Below, in pieces: positions 53,829 through 62,877 of a DNA stretch of 64,000 bases (the first letter of the stretch is position 1; every line of letters begins with the position of its first letter). The translations under genes and the position numbers were made by a program. Location: positions 969,419 to 1,033,418 of the forward strand of contig CAWBJH010000001.1 of NCBI GenBank assembly GCA_963789115.1, read 5' to 3'. Below the pieces are notes generated by a model that did no database searches, was not told where the DNA came from, and saw only the letters and a program-made list of their open reading frames with translations. Source of the stretch: an uncultured delta proteobacterium (GTDB lineage: Bacteria > Desulfobacterota > Binatia > Binatales > Binataceae).

Positions 53829-54359
53829 GCCCGCATCAAAGCCGGAATGACGACTGTAGTGCTAGAGACTATAAGTATTACTGATCAGTCACCGGCCGGG
53901 CGGCACGCCGTCGCCGCACCATCCGCCGTCAGCAGCCGGTTCATTTGAGCCGCCGTGGAATGGGACTGGCCACGATGTCCGCTCACGCCGATCCGGGCGC
54001 GCCATTCCAACCCCGGCCCCCTCCACGGAATCTGGGCGCGTGGATTCGCGGGCGAGCGCTCGCGGGCAACCTGCCCGCGTCCGCCGTGTCCGGTCATTTC
54101 TGACACTAACAGATGACTGAAGGGGGGATTTAAAGGAGTAAGCGGAAGGGGTAACTACCAACCAAGCCGCTGGGCTTCGAAAGAGGCTCGGCCCTTTCGT
54201 TTAGGGAATGGGACAACTGGAGTTCTTCGGACTTCGTCGCGATAGTTCGCCTGACTCCGGCGAAAGTAACTGCGCCTCGGAGAGATTACGATTTGGATTC
54301 GTTATGACGGTAGGCCCTGATTTAATTCTGCATCCCCCTTCGCGCCCCCGCCAACGGAC

Positions 54360-55439
54360 TTACTTGTACGCCGCGTAGTCTACGGAGCGCTGACGGGCGC
54401 GCGCATCGTTCCACGCGTTCATGTCGGTCGGCGGCCTGATGATCTCTTCTTGCGGCTTGGCGACCAACTTGATCGCATCCCGCGGGCAGGCCGTCACGCA
54501 CAGCCCGCACCCGATGCAGCGTTCTTTGATCACTTGGTATGTGGTGTCGCCCTCCTCGATGGCCCGGACCTGGCAGCGCTCTTCGAGGCAGATGCCGCAC
54601 CAGTCGCACTCGTCCCCCTCGATCTCCGCACAAAAGTCTGAGTTGACGACGGCGGGCGCATTGAGCTCGTTCATCGCGCGCAACACGTTGCAACAGCATC
54701 CACAACAGTTGCAGATGAAGGTATGCCCGCTCTCCAAGTTGCTTGTGAGATGCACCAAGCCGGCCTCCTCGGCCTCGCGCAGCAGTTGGTACGCCTGCTC
54801 CTTCGAAATCTCGCGTCCCCAGTCGAGAATGAATCCTGCTCCCTCCACCGGGCTGATCGCCAAGCACACCTCATGAGGTTTCTTGCAAGGCTCGGCCAGG
54901 ATGCCGCGTTCCTTCTTGCAGATGCATTCGTTTAAGCGAAAACCCTTGCCGTTCTCGACGATGGCGGAGACCTGCTGGTAGGGCAGGGCCTGGTGCGTGA
55001 CGGGAATTTCCGTCTGGATCGGCAGCGTCCGCATGACGTGCGGCTGGGCGCCGAACAGGTTGCGAGCGAAGTGCGCCATGTACTGCTCGGTCAGCTCGCA
55101 GAATTCGCGGTCCATGCGGCCAACCTGAAACTCCCAAATACCCACCGCCCACGGCTGCATCGCGAACAATTTGATGCTGCCGAAATCGATGCCCAGGAGC
55201 TCACCGCGCCTGGCCATCGACGTCAGCTTCGCCTCGAGCCCGTCCGGCGAGCGCCCTGTCCGCTCGGCAACCTGCCCTGCGGTTTCGAGGCTCAGTTTCA
55301 AATCACAGAACAGCTCGGCCTCGTCGGGCGTGAAGACTTTCTTCAAGAGTTTGATTTCCAGGCCGTCCGGTGTCGCCGGAAACCCGTTGGGAAGCGTATC
55401 CAGCACCTTGGCAACTCTGCGGTAGATCTCGTCAGTCAT
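54360..55439 (-). CDS. Fe-S cluster-binding protein (4Fe-4S ferredoxin-domain plus Cys-rich CNCCGCCC motif)
   Basis: CICKKERGILAEPCKKPHEVC, CNCCGCCC and CIGCGLCVTACP cysteine clusters. Confidence 0.6.
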   Translation of the reverse strand: MTDEIYRRVAKVLDTLPNGFPATPDGLEIKLLKKVFTPDEAELFCDLKLSLETAGQVAERTGRSPDGLEAKLTSMARRGELLGIDFGSIKLFAMQPWAVGIWEFQVGRMDREFCELTEQYMAHFARNLFGAQPHVMRTLPIQTEIPVTHQALPYQQVSAIVENGKGFRLNECICKKERGILAEPCKKPHEVCLAISPVEGAGFILDWGREISKEQAYQLLREAEEAGLVHLTSNLESGHTFICNCCGCCCNVLRAMNELNAPAVVNSDFCAEIEGDECDWCGICLEERCQVRAIEEGDTTYQVIKERCIGCGLCVTACPRDAIKLVAKPQEEIIRPPTDMNAWNDARARQRSVDYAAYK

Positions 55440-55829
55440 GATCTGGCGCCTCCGCCCTTTGGGAATAGTTGGGGATCATGGCGTTTCTTCCTCTTTCGCC
55501 TAGCCCGGGAAGCAGGCCGCGCGGCGCCGCGCCGATCAGTCGCCGGGCATTGAGCAATCGGGATCGCGTCGATGGTGCGATCCTTGGTGATGACGGATCG
55601 AACGGCGCGACTATAAGCAAGAGCCGATCCACTGTCAAGAAAATCTTACCCGTTCAGTACATCGGTGACAACTTTTAGTTGACCCCTTTCGACACACTTG
55701 AGGGATCGGTGGATGCGACGACGCGCATTCGCCCGGCGCTCACGGCCGGCGGACGCGCCAATTCGCAACGGGCGCGCCCCCGCCAGGGAATTTGGCGGCC
55801 TCGTTTCCCGCTCGGGGCCCCCGGCGGCC

Positions 55830-55960
55830 CTCGCTCGCGGCCAACCTGCCCGGATCCAGGATGCCACCTAACCGAGATCGGCGCGCTGAACGCGGCGCTG
55901 CGCGAAGAGTTTGCCCGGCTGAGGCCCGGATCGGCGGCGTCAACCGCACGGCCCGGCAGG
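55830..55960. repeat. GC-rich dispersed repeat, copy A
   Basis: About 80% identical to 60968-61080 (accgagatcg...gcccggctg.aggcccggatcggcggc). Confidence 0.6.
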
Positions 55961-56032
55961 CGGGCCGGGGAGGCCGGCGCGCGTCCCCCCGGCGCAGCGC
56001 CCGTGGGCGGCCTGAAGGCCTTTCGTGCACGG

Positions 56033-56220
56033 TCACACGTAATGCCCCAAGATTGAGGCCGCAACGTCCCTGTGAACGCGTTTGGATTCGTGGAAATGAA
56101 TCTCGGTCTGGTATTGCGGCCATTGTCCGGCATGGCGAATGCGATACACCACCTCGGCCTCGACGGTTTCGATATCTAGCATTGCGTTGTCAACCGACGC
56201 GTCATCATGGCACCAGACAT
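56033..56220 (-). pseudogene. C-terminal fragment of the GIY-YIG gene displaced by the IS insertion
   Basis: Reads (L)DVWCHDDASVDNAMLDIETVEAEVVYRIRHAGQWPQYQTEIHFHESKRVHRDVAASILGHYV* in the same frame as 57514-57762 once the IS and one CTAG copy are removed. Confidence 0.6.
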
Positions 56221-56224
56221 CTAG

Positions 56225-57509
56225 CAGGTTGCGGAAAAACGGATGATTACCATGGCGGGATGTGCTTTCGAGAGTGTTGGCATGGCGTGTGAGGGCGTCG
56301 ATTGAGGTTCAGTTGGTCAAGTGCCCCGGCTCTCCACCCGATTGCGGATGGCTCAGGGAGCTGCCAGCGCCAAATTGCGCATCCTGACCAGATTGTAGGC
56401 GGCCAGCGCGAAGGTGAATATCCAACCGACCCGAGCGACTCCGCGGTGGCGCGCCTTGCGCAGGCCGGCGACAGTTTTGAGCCAGCCGAAGATCTCCTCG
56501 ATGCGTTTACGCTTGTGCTGGCTGATCAGATAGCCGGGATGACGAGTGGTCCTTTCATCAATGATAGTGGACGGCTTGCAGGCAAGGTGCGGGGTGACCT
56601 GGTGATCACGCAACTCCTGAACAAGTTCTTTGCGGTCGTAGCCCTTGTCGGCTCCCAGGGTTACTCGATGCGAGCCTGGGATTTTTTCCACCATCGCGAT
56701 GGCCGCCTCCGGTTCGGCGCGGCCGGTGGCCTGGGTTACGCAGCCTTGGACCGCAATGCCGTTGCGGTTCTCCATCAGCACGTGTCCGGCGTAGCTGAGC
56801 TTGGCCTCCTTGCCTGCACCCTTGCGGGCCAGGCGGGCCTCGGGATCGGTGGTCGATTGGTGAGTGGCGTTGCTGCGCCGCTCACCGTGGAAGTCGACGC
56901 TGGGGTTGCCCGGATCGTCCGGCGGAGTCTTTGGGTCAGCGCCTTTGCGCTTGAAGCTCTTGTGGCTGGCCCAGGCCTCGATCAGCGTGCCGTCGACCGT
57001 GAAATGCTCGTCCGAAAGCAGGCTTTGGGCGCGGGCCTGGTCAACCACCGCGATGAAAAACCCCTCCGCCACCTCGCCCTCAAGCAACCGCTCGCGGTTT
57101 TTGGTGAACACGGTCACGTCCCACACCGGGTCATCGATGCTCAGTCCGACGAACCAGCGGAACAGGAAATTGTAGTCGAGCTGCTCCATCAACAGCCGCT
57201 CACTGCGCACCGTGTACAGCACCTGCAGCAAAAGCGCGCGCAGAAGCTTCTCCGGCGCGATCGAGGGACGCCCGCTGCTGGCGTAAATCGCATCGAAGCT
57301 CGGCCCCAACTTTTCAAGCGCCACATCCGCCATCGCTCGGATCGCTCGCAGCGGATGGTCTTGGGGCACCCGCTGCTCGGCCGATATGTAGCTGAACATC
57401 GCAGACTGCTGGCGATCCGTCCCGCGCATCCTCACACCCTCCTCACACCACCATCGCTGGCTACTCTACATGAGAATCGAATGGGAAACGATCGTTTTTC
57501 CGCATCCTG
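56225..57509 (-). mobile_element. IS5-family insertion sequence with 21-bp imperfect terminal inverted repeats and CTAG target duplication
   Basis: IR-L caggttgcggaaaaacggatg at 56225-56245. IR-R (reverse complement) caggatgcggaaaaacgatcg at 57489-57509. ctag at 56221-56224 and 57510-57513. Confidence 0.8.
56353..57435 (-). CDS. IS5-family DDE transposase
   Basis: 360 aa. MFSYISAEQRVPQDHPLR N-terminus and DDE region typical of the IS5 group. Confidence 0.85.
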   Translation of the reverse strand: MRMRGTDRQQSAMFSYISAEQRVPQDHPLRAIRAMADVALEKLGPSFDAIYASSGRPSIAPEKLLRALLLQVLYTVRSERLLMEQLDYNFLFRWFVGLSIDDPVWDVTVFTKNRERLLEGEVAEGFFIAVVDQARAQSLLSDEHFTVDGTLIEAWASHKSFKRKGADPKTPPDDPGNPSVDFHGERRSNATHQSTTDPEARLARKGAGKEAKLSYAGHVLMENRNGIAVQGCVTQATGRAEPEAAIAMVEKIPGSHRVTLGADKGYDRKELVQELRDHQVTPHLACKPSTIIDERTTRHPGYLISQHKRKRIEEIFGWLKTVAGLRKARHRGVARVGWIFTFALAAYNLVRMRNLALAAP

Positions 57510-57513
57510 CTAG

Positions 57514-57762
57514 GTCTGCTGCGGTGAGATGACGTCGGAAGAGATAGCCATAGTAGCCGCCCTTCCCCTTCGCGTTCCAGCCGAAACGTAGTCGATTGCG
57601 CATATGCTGCTTCGTGACGCCAACATAGATCGGTGTCTTGGCGACGCTAAAAACATACAACTTCGGCTTCTTCGATACGGCGATTCCGGCAAACCTCGGT
57701 GCGACCTCAAAGGCCTTCTCGTCGAAAGTTAGTCGGTATCGGTCAGGTCCGGTGACGCGCAT
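57514..57762 (-). pseudogene. GIY-YIG nuclease-domain gene, N-terminal part (interrupted by IS)
   Basis: KLYVFSVAKTPIYVGVTKQHMRNRL matches GIY-(9-11)-YIG with the downstream conserved Arg. The frame runs into the IS at 57513. Confidence 0.6.
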
Positions 57763-58479
57763 AAGCCAGAAACCCCCACCTTGAACTCTGATTCAGGCTA
57801 GCATGCCCGCCGGTACTATACAGGTACCTGAAACCCCATCCGATTCACCACTTTCTGCGCCTAATTCCGTTCTGGCTAAATCCTGTTGCTACAAGCTCCC
57901 AACCGAACCGTTATGGTCAAGCGCGGTCCGGGATTCGCCAAGACCCAACGCCAAGAAGGAGTTCACGGAATGAAACATGCTGAACAGGTTGTCGAGAACG
58001 AGGACTGGGCACCTTGGGGTGGCGCGGTCTGCGGAGGTGTTGTAAATGACGTCCCGGAGCCGGAGCCCTAACCCCAAAGCAGAGGGCAAAGAAGGCAGCC
58101 AACGAGCGCTACCGGGCGAAGAAGAAGCTGGCCCGCGAGGCCGGGACGAAGGTCACGGGCTCGAAGAAGCGTCGTCCGGCCCGGAAGCCAAGGGGCGGGA
58201 GGCCGGAGAATCCGATCACTCGAACCGAAATGTGGTGCAGGCCGCATAACCGGATGCATCGGCGATCCGAATTCGCGCCGTCCTTCATCAAGCGCAAGGA
58301 CTTTAGGTGCAAGGCCGCGTTCAAGGCGGCTTACGGCGACCGGGGCGCGAAGAAGTAAGCTGCGATGTCCCACGTGCTAGGGGCCGGGGCCGAATGGTTC
58401 CCGGCCCCTTCTCTTTCCGCTAGATTCATGCGGGGACTACCGGCGGGATGGGATTGCGCAAAAGAGAAGGGGCAACAAA

Positions 58480-58956
58480 ATGAAACCCCTGTTTTTCTGT
58501 GGATTGTTGGTGCTCCTGAGCGGCCACGCATGGGCGGAGTGCATACCGTCTCCGGAATGCGTGCAAGCCATAAGGGACACGCCTCTCAACCCACGGACAC
58601 TTGGAGAGAAGTGGGATGCGGAACAAAGAGTGGCCCTAATGTGCAAAGAGTACCGGGAATGCAGAGTAGAGCAGGCGGCTCACGAGGAACAGCAGCGCGA
58701 AAAGCTGCAGCAGATGGAAGAGCGGCGGCAGCAGAAGGAATCATTTGATCGGGAAGTGGATCAGGATGCGGAGGGATGGGTAGAAACCCAGATCAAAGGA
58801 AAAGACCCGAAAGGAATCCGTGAACTGATCGCATCTCAGGAAAACTGGTTAAAAGATCATCCCGCCGCCGAACCTGCACCCGACATGCACGCGCGGATAA
58901 GAAAACTGCGCGACCGGCTTCGCGACATGGAGCGAACGAAACCTGTAGTCCAATGA
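58480..58956 (+). CDS. hypothetical secreted protein (signal peptide, Glu/Gln/Arg-rich helical region)
   Basis: MKPLFFCGLLVLLSGHAWA signal. Lower GC. Confidence 0.45.
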   Translation: MKPLFFCGLLVLLSGHAWAECIPSPECVQAIRDTPLNPRTLGEKWDAEQRVALMCKEYRECRVEQAAHEEQQREKLQQMEERRQQKESFDREVDQDAEGWVETQIKGKDPKGIRELIASQENWLKDHPAAEPAPDMHARIRKLRDRLRDMERTKPVVQ

Positions 58957-59055
58957 AACCAGTCCGGATCACGAAGCTCACGGCCCTGCTCACGGGCTCC
59001 CCGGCCTTTGCGCTCTCCGGCCCTTTCTCGTTGGACGGGGGATCGCGAAGCTCGG

Positions 59056-59514
59056 TTAATGCCGCGCAATCAAGCCGACGACCGTCGCAAAAAGGGTAAC
59101 CAGCGCGACCACACACGTGAAAGCAACCCAGACGTGCGTGCGGTGAATAACATCCCATCCCGCCCCTGTAAGCCGATACATGACGACCATGTTGCTCACA
59201 ATCGGGAAGTTCGGCGGTAGGTCACCGCTTGGCGTGAGCTGCCATTTAGGTATGGCTCTATGGTCTATTGGCTCCGCCCATCCACGAAGATCACAGGTTC
59301 GCAACGCTTCATCAACGCCTTCATCGCTCGTCGGGCCTAGTTCAATGACCCAAGCGTTGCCGGGCTGAAGGATCGTCACGATCCGCTGGCGGGCAAGCCG
59401 CTTCAGCACGCGCCGGATGGCTCGTTCACGTCGGAAGCCAAGAAGAAGATCCATTTCGTCTGAACATAGCCTTGCGGCCCATCCGTTGCCATCGAATGGG
59501 CTAACTGCTATCAA
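59056..59514 (-). CDS. hypothetical protein with C-terminal TM helix
   Basis: 152 aa, TTG start. VWVAFTCVVALVTLFATVVGLIARH anchor. Confidence 0.4.
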   Translation of the reverse strand: MIAVSPFDGNGWAARLCSDEMDLLLGFRRERAIRRVLKRLARQRIVTILQPGNAWVIELGPTSDEGVDEALRTCDLRGWAEPIDHRAIPKWQLTPSGDLPPNFPIVSNMVVMYRLTGAGWDVIHRTHVWVAFTCVVALVTLFATVVGLIARH

Positions 59515-59520
59515 CAGCTC

Positions 59521-59554
59521 ATCTCTTCGGCCCCATCTTTATTTCGGGCGCGGC
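59521..59554. repeat. 34-bp direct repeat DR-right of putative island
   Basis: atctcttcggccccatctttatttcgggcgcggc. Followed directly by a G9 tract (59555-59563). Confidence 0.75.
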
Positions 59555-59566
59555 GGGGGGGGGAGG

Positions 59567-60346
59567 ATGGTGGTCAAGATGGTGACAGTACAGTATCAAG
59601 AACGATTCGTAGCATTCGTCGATATCTGGGGGTTTGGCGATCTGGTGCGTCGGTCCGTTCTTGGCAATGACGGCATCAGCGCCTCGACCGTCCATGACGT
59701 TTTAGACCTGCCGAAGCCGAGCGATGAAGACCAAATCGTGCTTGGGCGGATCGGCGATATTTCAAAGTCCGGGCATTGTATGACTGCATTTTCTGATTGC
59801 GTTGTTATATCGACAGACCTCACCGAGGCCGGACTCATACATCTCGTCGACCACGTCTCAAGAATTGGCTTCCGCCTTCTCAAGATCGGGTACCTCTATC
59901 GCGGTGGCGTAGTCCGGGGACTACTCTGGCATCAGCCCGACAAGGTGTTTGGCCCGGCGCTGATTGAGGCATATCAGATCGAGCGTACCGAACGTTTTCT
60001 GCGAGTGCTCGTCTCCGACGATGTTGTGAAATGGGGACTGGGTTGCGCGAAACCCGTGAACACGATCTTCAGTAGACTCATTCGCAAGGATGACGATGGC
60101 AAATACATGGTTCACGTGCTCAGATACTTCTCGCAATTCGATGATCTCACCAACTTACGAGACAAGATCAGCGAGGTCAGGGACCGGTTCGAGAAGAAAT
60201 TAACTAGGTTGACGCAAAACCAAATGGCCGAGGCGGCGGGAAAGGTATCTTGGTTTCTAAGGTACTTTGATCGGATTACGATCCGACCGAACTTGAACGT
60301 GCCTTTCCCGGCTGTCAGGCCGCTGAAAGCTACTGACGCCCGGTAA
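59567..60346 (+). CDS. class III nucleotidyl-cyclase-like domain protein (stand-alone)
   Basis: FVAFVDIWGFGDL (cf. F.DI.GFT), RIGDISKSGH (cf. TIGDAYMA), GYLYRGGVVRGLLWH...VFGPALIEAYQIE (cf. GIHSGPVVAGVIG...YDVWGDTVNLASRME). The G9 tract forms the RBS. Confidence 0.55.
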   Translation: MVVKMVTVQYQERFVAFVDIWGFGDLVRRSVLGNDGISASTVHDVLDLPKPSDEDQIVLGRIGDISKSGHCMTAFSDCVVISTDLTEAGLIHLVDHVSRIGFRLLKIGYLYRGGVVRGLLWHQPDKVFGPALIEAYQIERTERFLRVLVSDDVVKWGLGCAKPVNTIFSRLIRKDDDGKYMVHVLRYFSQFDDLTNLRDKISEVRDRFEKKLTRLTQNQMAEAAGKVSWFLRYFDRITIRPNLNVPFPAVRPLKATDAR

Positions 60347-60650
60347 GCCTATCTACAAAGCCCGCAAATTCTTCATCTCTACGGTCGGGCGGGATCTTTC
60401 CGAACCCATCCAGTATTTGCTTTTGGAAGGAGCAAGCCGGTTTGCCGTTTTTTAATTTGATTTCCAAGAGCAAGTAGCGATTTGTGCTTGACAACGTGTC
60501 ATAGACCGCCAGCTCACGATTGTTATGCGAGTCCAAGCAGGCACGGTGGGATTCGAGGGTTCGCTCCATGTCAGGGTCGTTGGCGCACTGAGTTAGAGAC
60601 AGAACACTCAAAACGGCACAAGCAAACACACACGCGCGGAGTTTCAACAT
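60330..60650 (-). CDS. small secreted/lipoprotein-like hypothetical protein
   Basis: 106 aa, hydrophobic N-terminus ending LSLTQC. Convergent with and overlapping the cyclase-like gene by 17 bp. Confidence 0.4.
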   Translation of the reverse strand: MLKLRACVFACAVLSVLSLTQCANDPDMERTLESHRACLDSHNNRELAVYDTLSSTNRYLLLEIKLKNGKPACSFQKQILDGFGKIPPDRRDEEFAGFVDRLTGRQ

Positions 60651-60744
60651 TTGGCCCCCAATTTATCACGATGCGCCCTTCGGCTGGTGAGTCTCATTTT
60701 ACGAACCTTCCCCGCTTATCGCGTGCTGCATTGCGCGCGGGCGC

Positions 60745-60804
60745 GGTCGGCGCGCACTTTGAGCGCATCCTAAACTCAAAAGCAGGCTGCTTGCAAAGGG
60801 CGAC
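60745..60804. repeat. 60-bp intergenic repeat, copy A
   Basis: cgcgcactttgagcgcatcctaaactc....gcaggctgcttgcaaagggcg matches 62878-62940 at about 92%. Confidence 0.7.
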
Positions 60805-60877
60805 GTCCTGACGGCGCATCGGGGCGCGCTCGTTTGTGGATGGGGGTTTCGGCAAAATACGGTCGCGCGGTCTGAAT

Positions 60878-60918
60878 GGCCCCCCGCGCCCGCGACCCCC
60901 CGGCCCCCTAGATAAACC
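60878..60918. repeat. C-rich repeat (G-rich on the minus strand), copy A
   Basis: ggccccccgcgcccgcgaccccccggccccctag matches 62359-62400. Confidence 0.6.
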
Positions 60919-60967
60919 AAAGTTTTAGGTTTCCGGGGCTCGTGCTTGCGGCCCGGCGACGTGGGCT

Positions 60968-61080
60968 CACGGACAAGCTGCCGGGATCATCCTGCCTCCT
61001 CGACCGAGATCGCCCCGCACGCGGGCTCTGGCGCGGAAGAGTCGCCCGGCTGCAGGCCCGGATCGGCGGCTTCGGCCACA
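60968..61080. repeat. GC-rich dispersed repeat, copy B
   Basis: Matches 55830-55960. Confidence 0.6.
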
Positions 61081-61560
61081 CGGCGGGGCGTGTGGGGCCG
61101 GTGTTTCGGCTTGACGCAGGGCCGCCCCAGGCCCCGGAGAAGGGCAAGACGGGCCGAACGCGGCGGGCGCGGGCGGGCGTTTGGCGGCCAGGAGAACGCG
61201 CTTCCGGCTCCGTCGTCCCAGGCTGCCGGGCCAAAATCAAAACGGCCTGCGTCCAAGCCTCACCCTCCCTATTTTTGACCCCCGACGTTCATACGCACCA
61301 CGACAGGCGACATAATCGGTCGTAAGTAGCGGGAATCATTAAGGAAAACGCAAGGAAAGAAGATCGAATGCCGGGGCGCGGGCGTGGACGGCCCCGGATC
61401 AAAGCAGGAGGAAATATCCTGGGGTCGTGCGTCCCACTGTGTCTCGTGGGGTTCGTACCCTCCAATACGAGTTTCCGGAAATGATGCACTGCCGGTCAAT
61501 CATTGCCCGGCGACCCCGCACCTCGGACGTGGACTAATGCCCACGTTTCGGGGCTTTTTC

Positions 61561-61637
61561 TGGCGCCCCCTGCGGGATTCGAACCCACGACCCCAGGATT
61601 AGGAATCCTGTGCTCTATCCATCTGAGCTAAGGGGGC
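61561..61637 (-). tRNA. tRNA-Arg (anticodon CCT), CCA encoded
   Basis: Manual fold: acceptor GCCCCCT/AGGGGGC, D-arm GCTC-AGATGGATA-GAGC, anticodon arm CAGGA-TTCCTAA-TCCTG, T-arm GTGGG-TTCGAAT-CCCGC, discriminator G, then CCA. Confidence 0.85.
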
Positions 61638-61763
61638 GCGCATGAAATCAAGGGCTTACGCCGCTTTGACACTTGGCGCAAGGCTTCCAGTCCCCGCCTT
61701 ATGCCCACTTTTCCCGCGATTCGGCTGGGCGCCATTCGCGGCGCTGATATGTTCGTTGTTTGC

Positions 61764-62174
61764 TCATGCGAGGTCGCCTTTGCGGCGGTAAAGGAGCACG
61801 GCTGCTCCCGACGACACGCCGATCGCGACGAAAGGGTAAGGTACAAGGTAGCCCCACGAGTGCTCCTGCATCACCGGGGTGCCATGGTACTTCGCGACGA
61901 ACAGGATCATGTTGACGATCACGTACGCCGCGTAAAAAATCCCGATCGGCAGCGCAAACTTGCGCATCGCCAGGATTCCGTACGCGTACACGGCAAGAAT
62001 CACCCCGAAAATCGGAGCGATGATCATGTTGGGCACGCCCGCAAGCCGCGTGCCCAGGAAGACGAAGCCGACGCCGGCATGATGCGAGAATGGCTTGCTG
62101 AAATTGGAAATCGCCATCAGCGCGAGCAGCAGCGCGAAAATCGTCAAAGTCGCGCCGCGCGATTTATTGGGCAT
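61764..62174 (-). CDS. hypothetical 4-TM membrane protein
   Basis: 136 aa, hydrophobic throughout. Start preceded by ggagg and the conserved 61-bp element. Confidence 0.5.
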   Translation of the reverse strand: MPNKSRGATLTIFALLLALMAISNFSKPFSHHAGVGFVFLGTRLAGVPNMIIAPIFGVILAVYAYGILAMRKFALPIGIFYAAYVIVNMILFVAKYHGTPVMQEHSWGYLVPYPFVAIGVSSGAAVLLYRRKGDLA

Positions 62175-62183
62175 CGCGGATTC

Positions 62184-62244
62184 CTCCGTTTTGACTCTCC
62201 GATTCCAACTCGCCGTATAGACCGAACGGCCTCGCTCTGCAAGG
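62184..62244. repeat. 61-bp conserved element, copy B (5' leader of membrane-protein gene)
   Basis: See 23235-23295. Confidence 0.7.
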
Positions 62245-62358
62245 TTTTAGCCGGTTTTGGTCCACGGTGTTTCCGGCGGCGCGCCGGGGGGGCGGTTTCG
62301 CATCTCAGGGACACACAACGCTTGGAAATGATCCCCGTTGAAAAGGCTCGGCCAAGTT

Positions 62359-62400
62359 GGCCCCCGCGCTCGACCCCCCGGCCCCCCAAGTAATCTGGCC
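62359..62400. repeat. C-rich repeat, copy B
   Basis: ggcccccgcgctcgaccccccggccccccaag. Confidence 0.6.
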
Positions 62401-62430
62401 GATCCGTTTGCGGCGGCGCTGCGCCGACGC

Positions 62431-62832
62431 TTACGCTGTCAATCGCGAGGCCTTTGCGCTCTCACTGCGCGGAGTCAGCACCGCGAGCACGATCGCGACC
62501 ATGAACAGCGCCGGGACGTCGCCGAGCAGATGGCCTCGATGCTCCGGATAGACGAGCGCCTGCACCAGCATGATCGCGCCGTGCACGACGCTGGACCATA
62601 CGGTGAACCAGATGAGGCTCAGATTTTCCAGCGGATTGCGTGACGCGATAATCAGGAAGACGCCGAGCGTCGCATACACGCCGAGGATCATCTGCAGATA
62701 CATCGACTGTCCCGTGTGCCAGGTCCATCCCGAGGGCCACAGTAGCGTGAGCAGATAAATTCCTACGACGAAAATCGCGCCGACCACTACCAGCGCGACC
62801 CGCAGATAGCCGAGCCGATCGCCATTAGCCAT
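62431..62832 (-). CDS. hypothetical 4-TM membrane protein
   Basis: 133 aa, hydrophobic helices. Confidence 0.5.
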   Translation of the reverse strand: MANGDRLGYLRVALVVVGAIFVVGIYLLTLLWPSGWTWHTGQSMYLQMILGVYATLGVFLIIASRNPLENLSLIWFTVWSSVVHGAIMLVQALVYPEHRGHLLGDVPALFMVAIVLAVLTPRSESAKASRLTA

Positions 62833-62877
62833 TTTCCCGTCCTCCCTTACGTGGCAGTCGCCGCGCTCTCGCGCGCG

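Noticed and set aside
55675-56133. 152-aa minus-strand ORF and overlapping plus-strand ORFs in the GC-rich block
   Set aside because: Pro/Gly/Arg/Ala-rich with no hydrophobic core. The region is better explained as a non-coding dispersed repeat (copy at 60968-61080).
60745-60804. Possible sigma-54 (-24/-12) or sigma-70 promoter within the 60-bp repeat (ggctgcttgca, ttgagc)
   Set aside because: The GG-to-GC spacing is wrong for sigma-54, and no spacing-consistent -10 element follows ttgagc.
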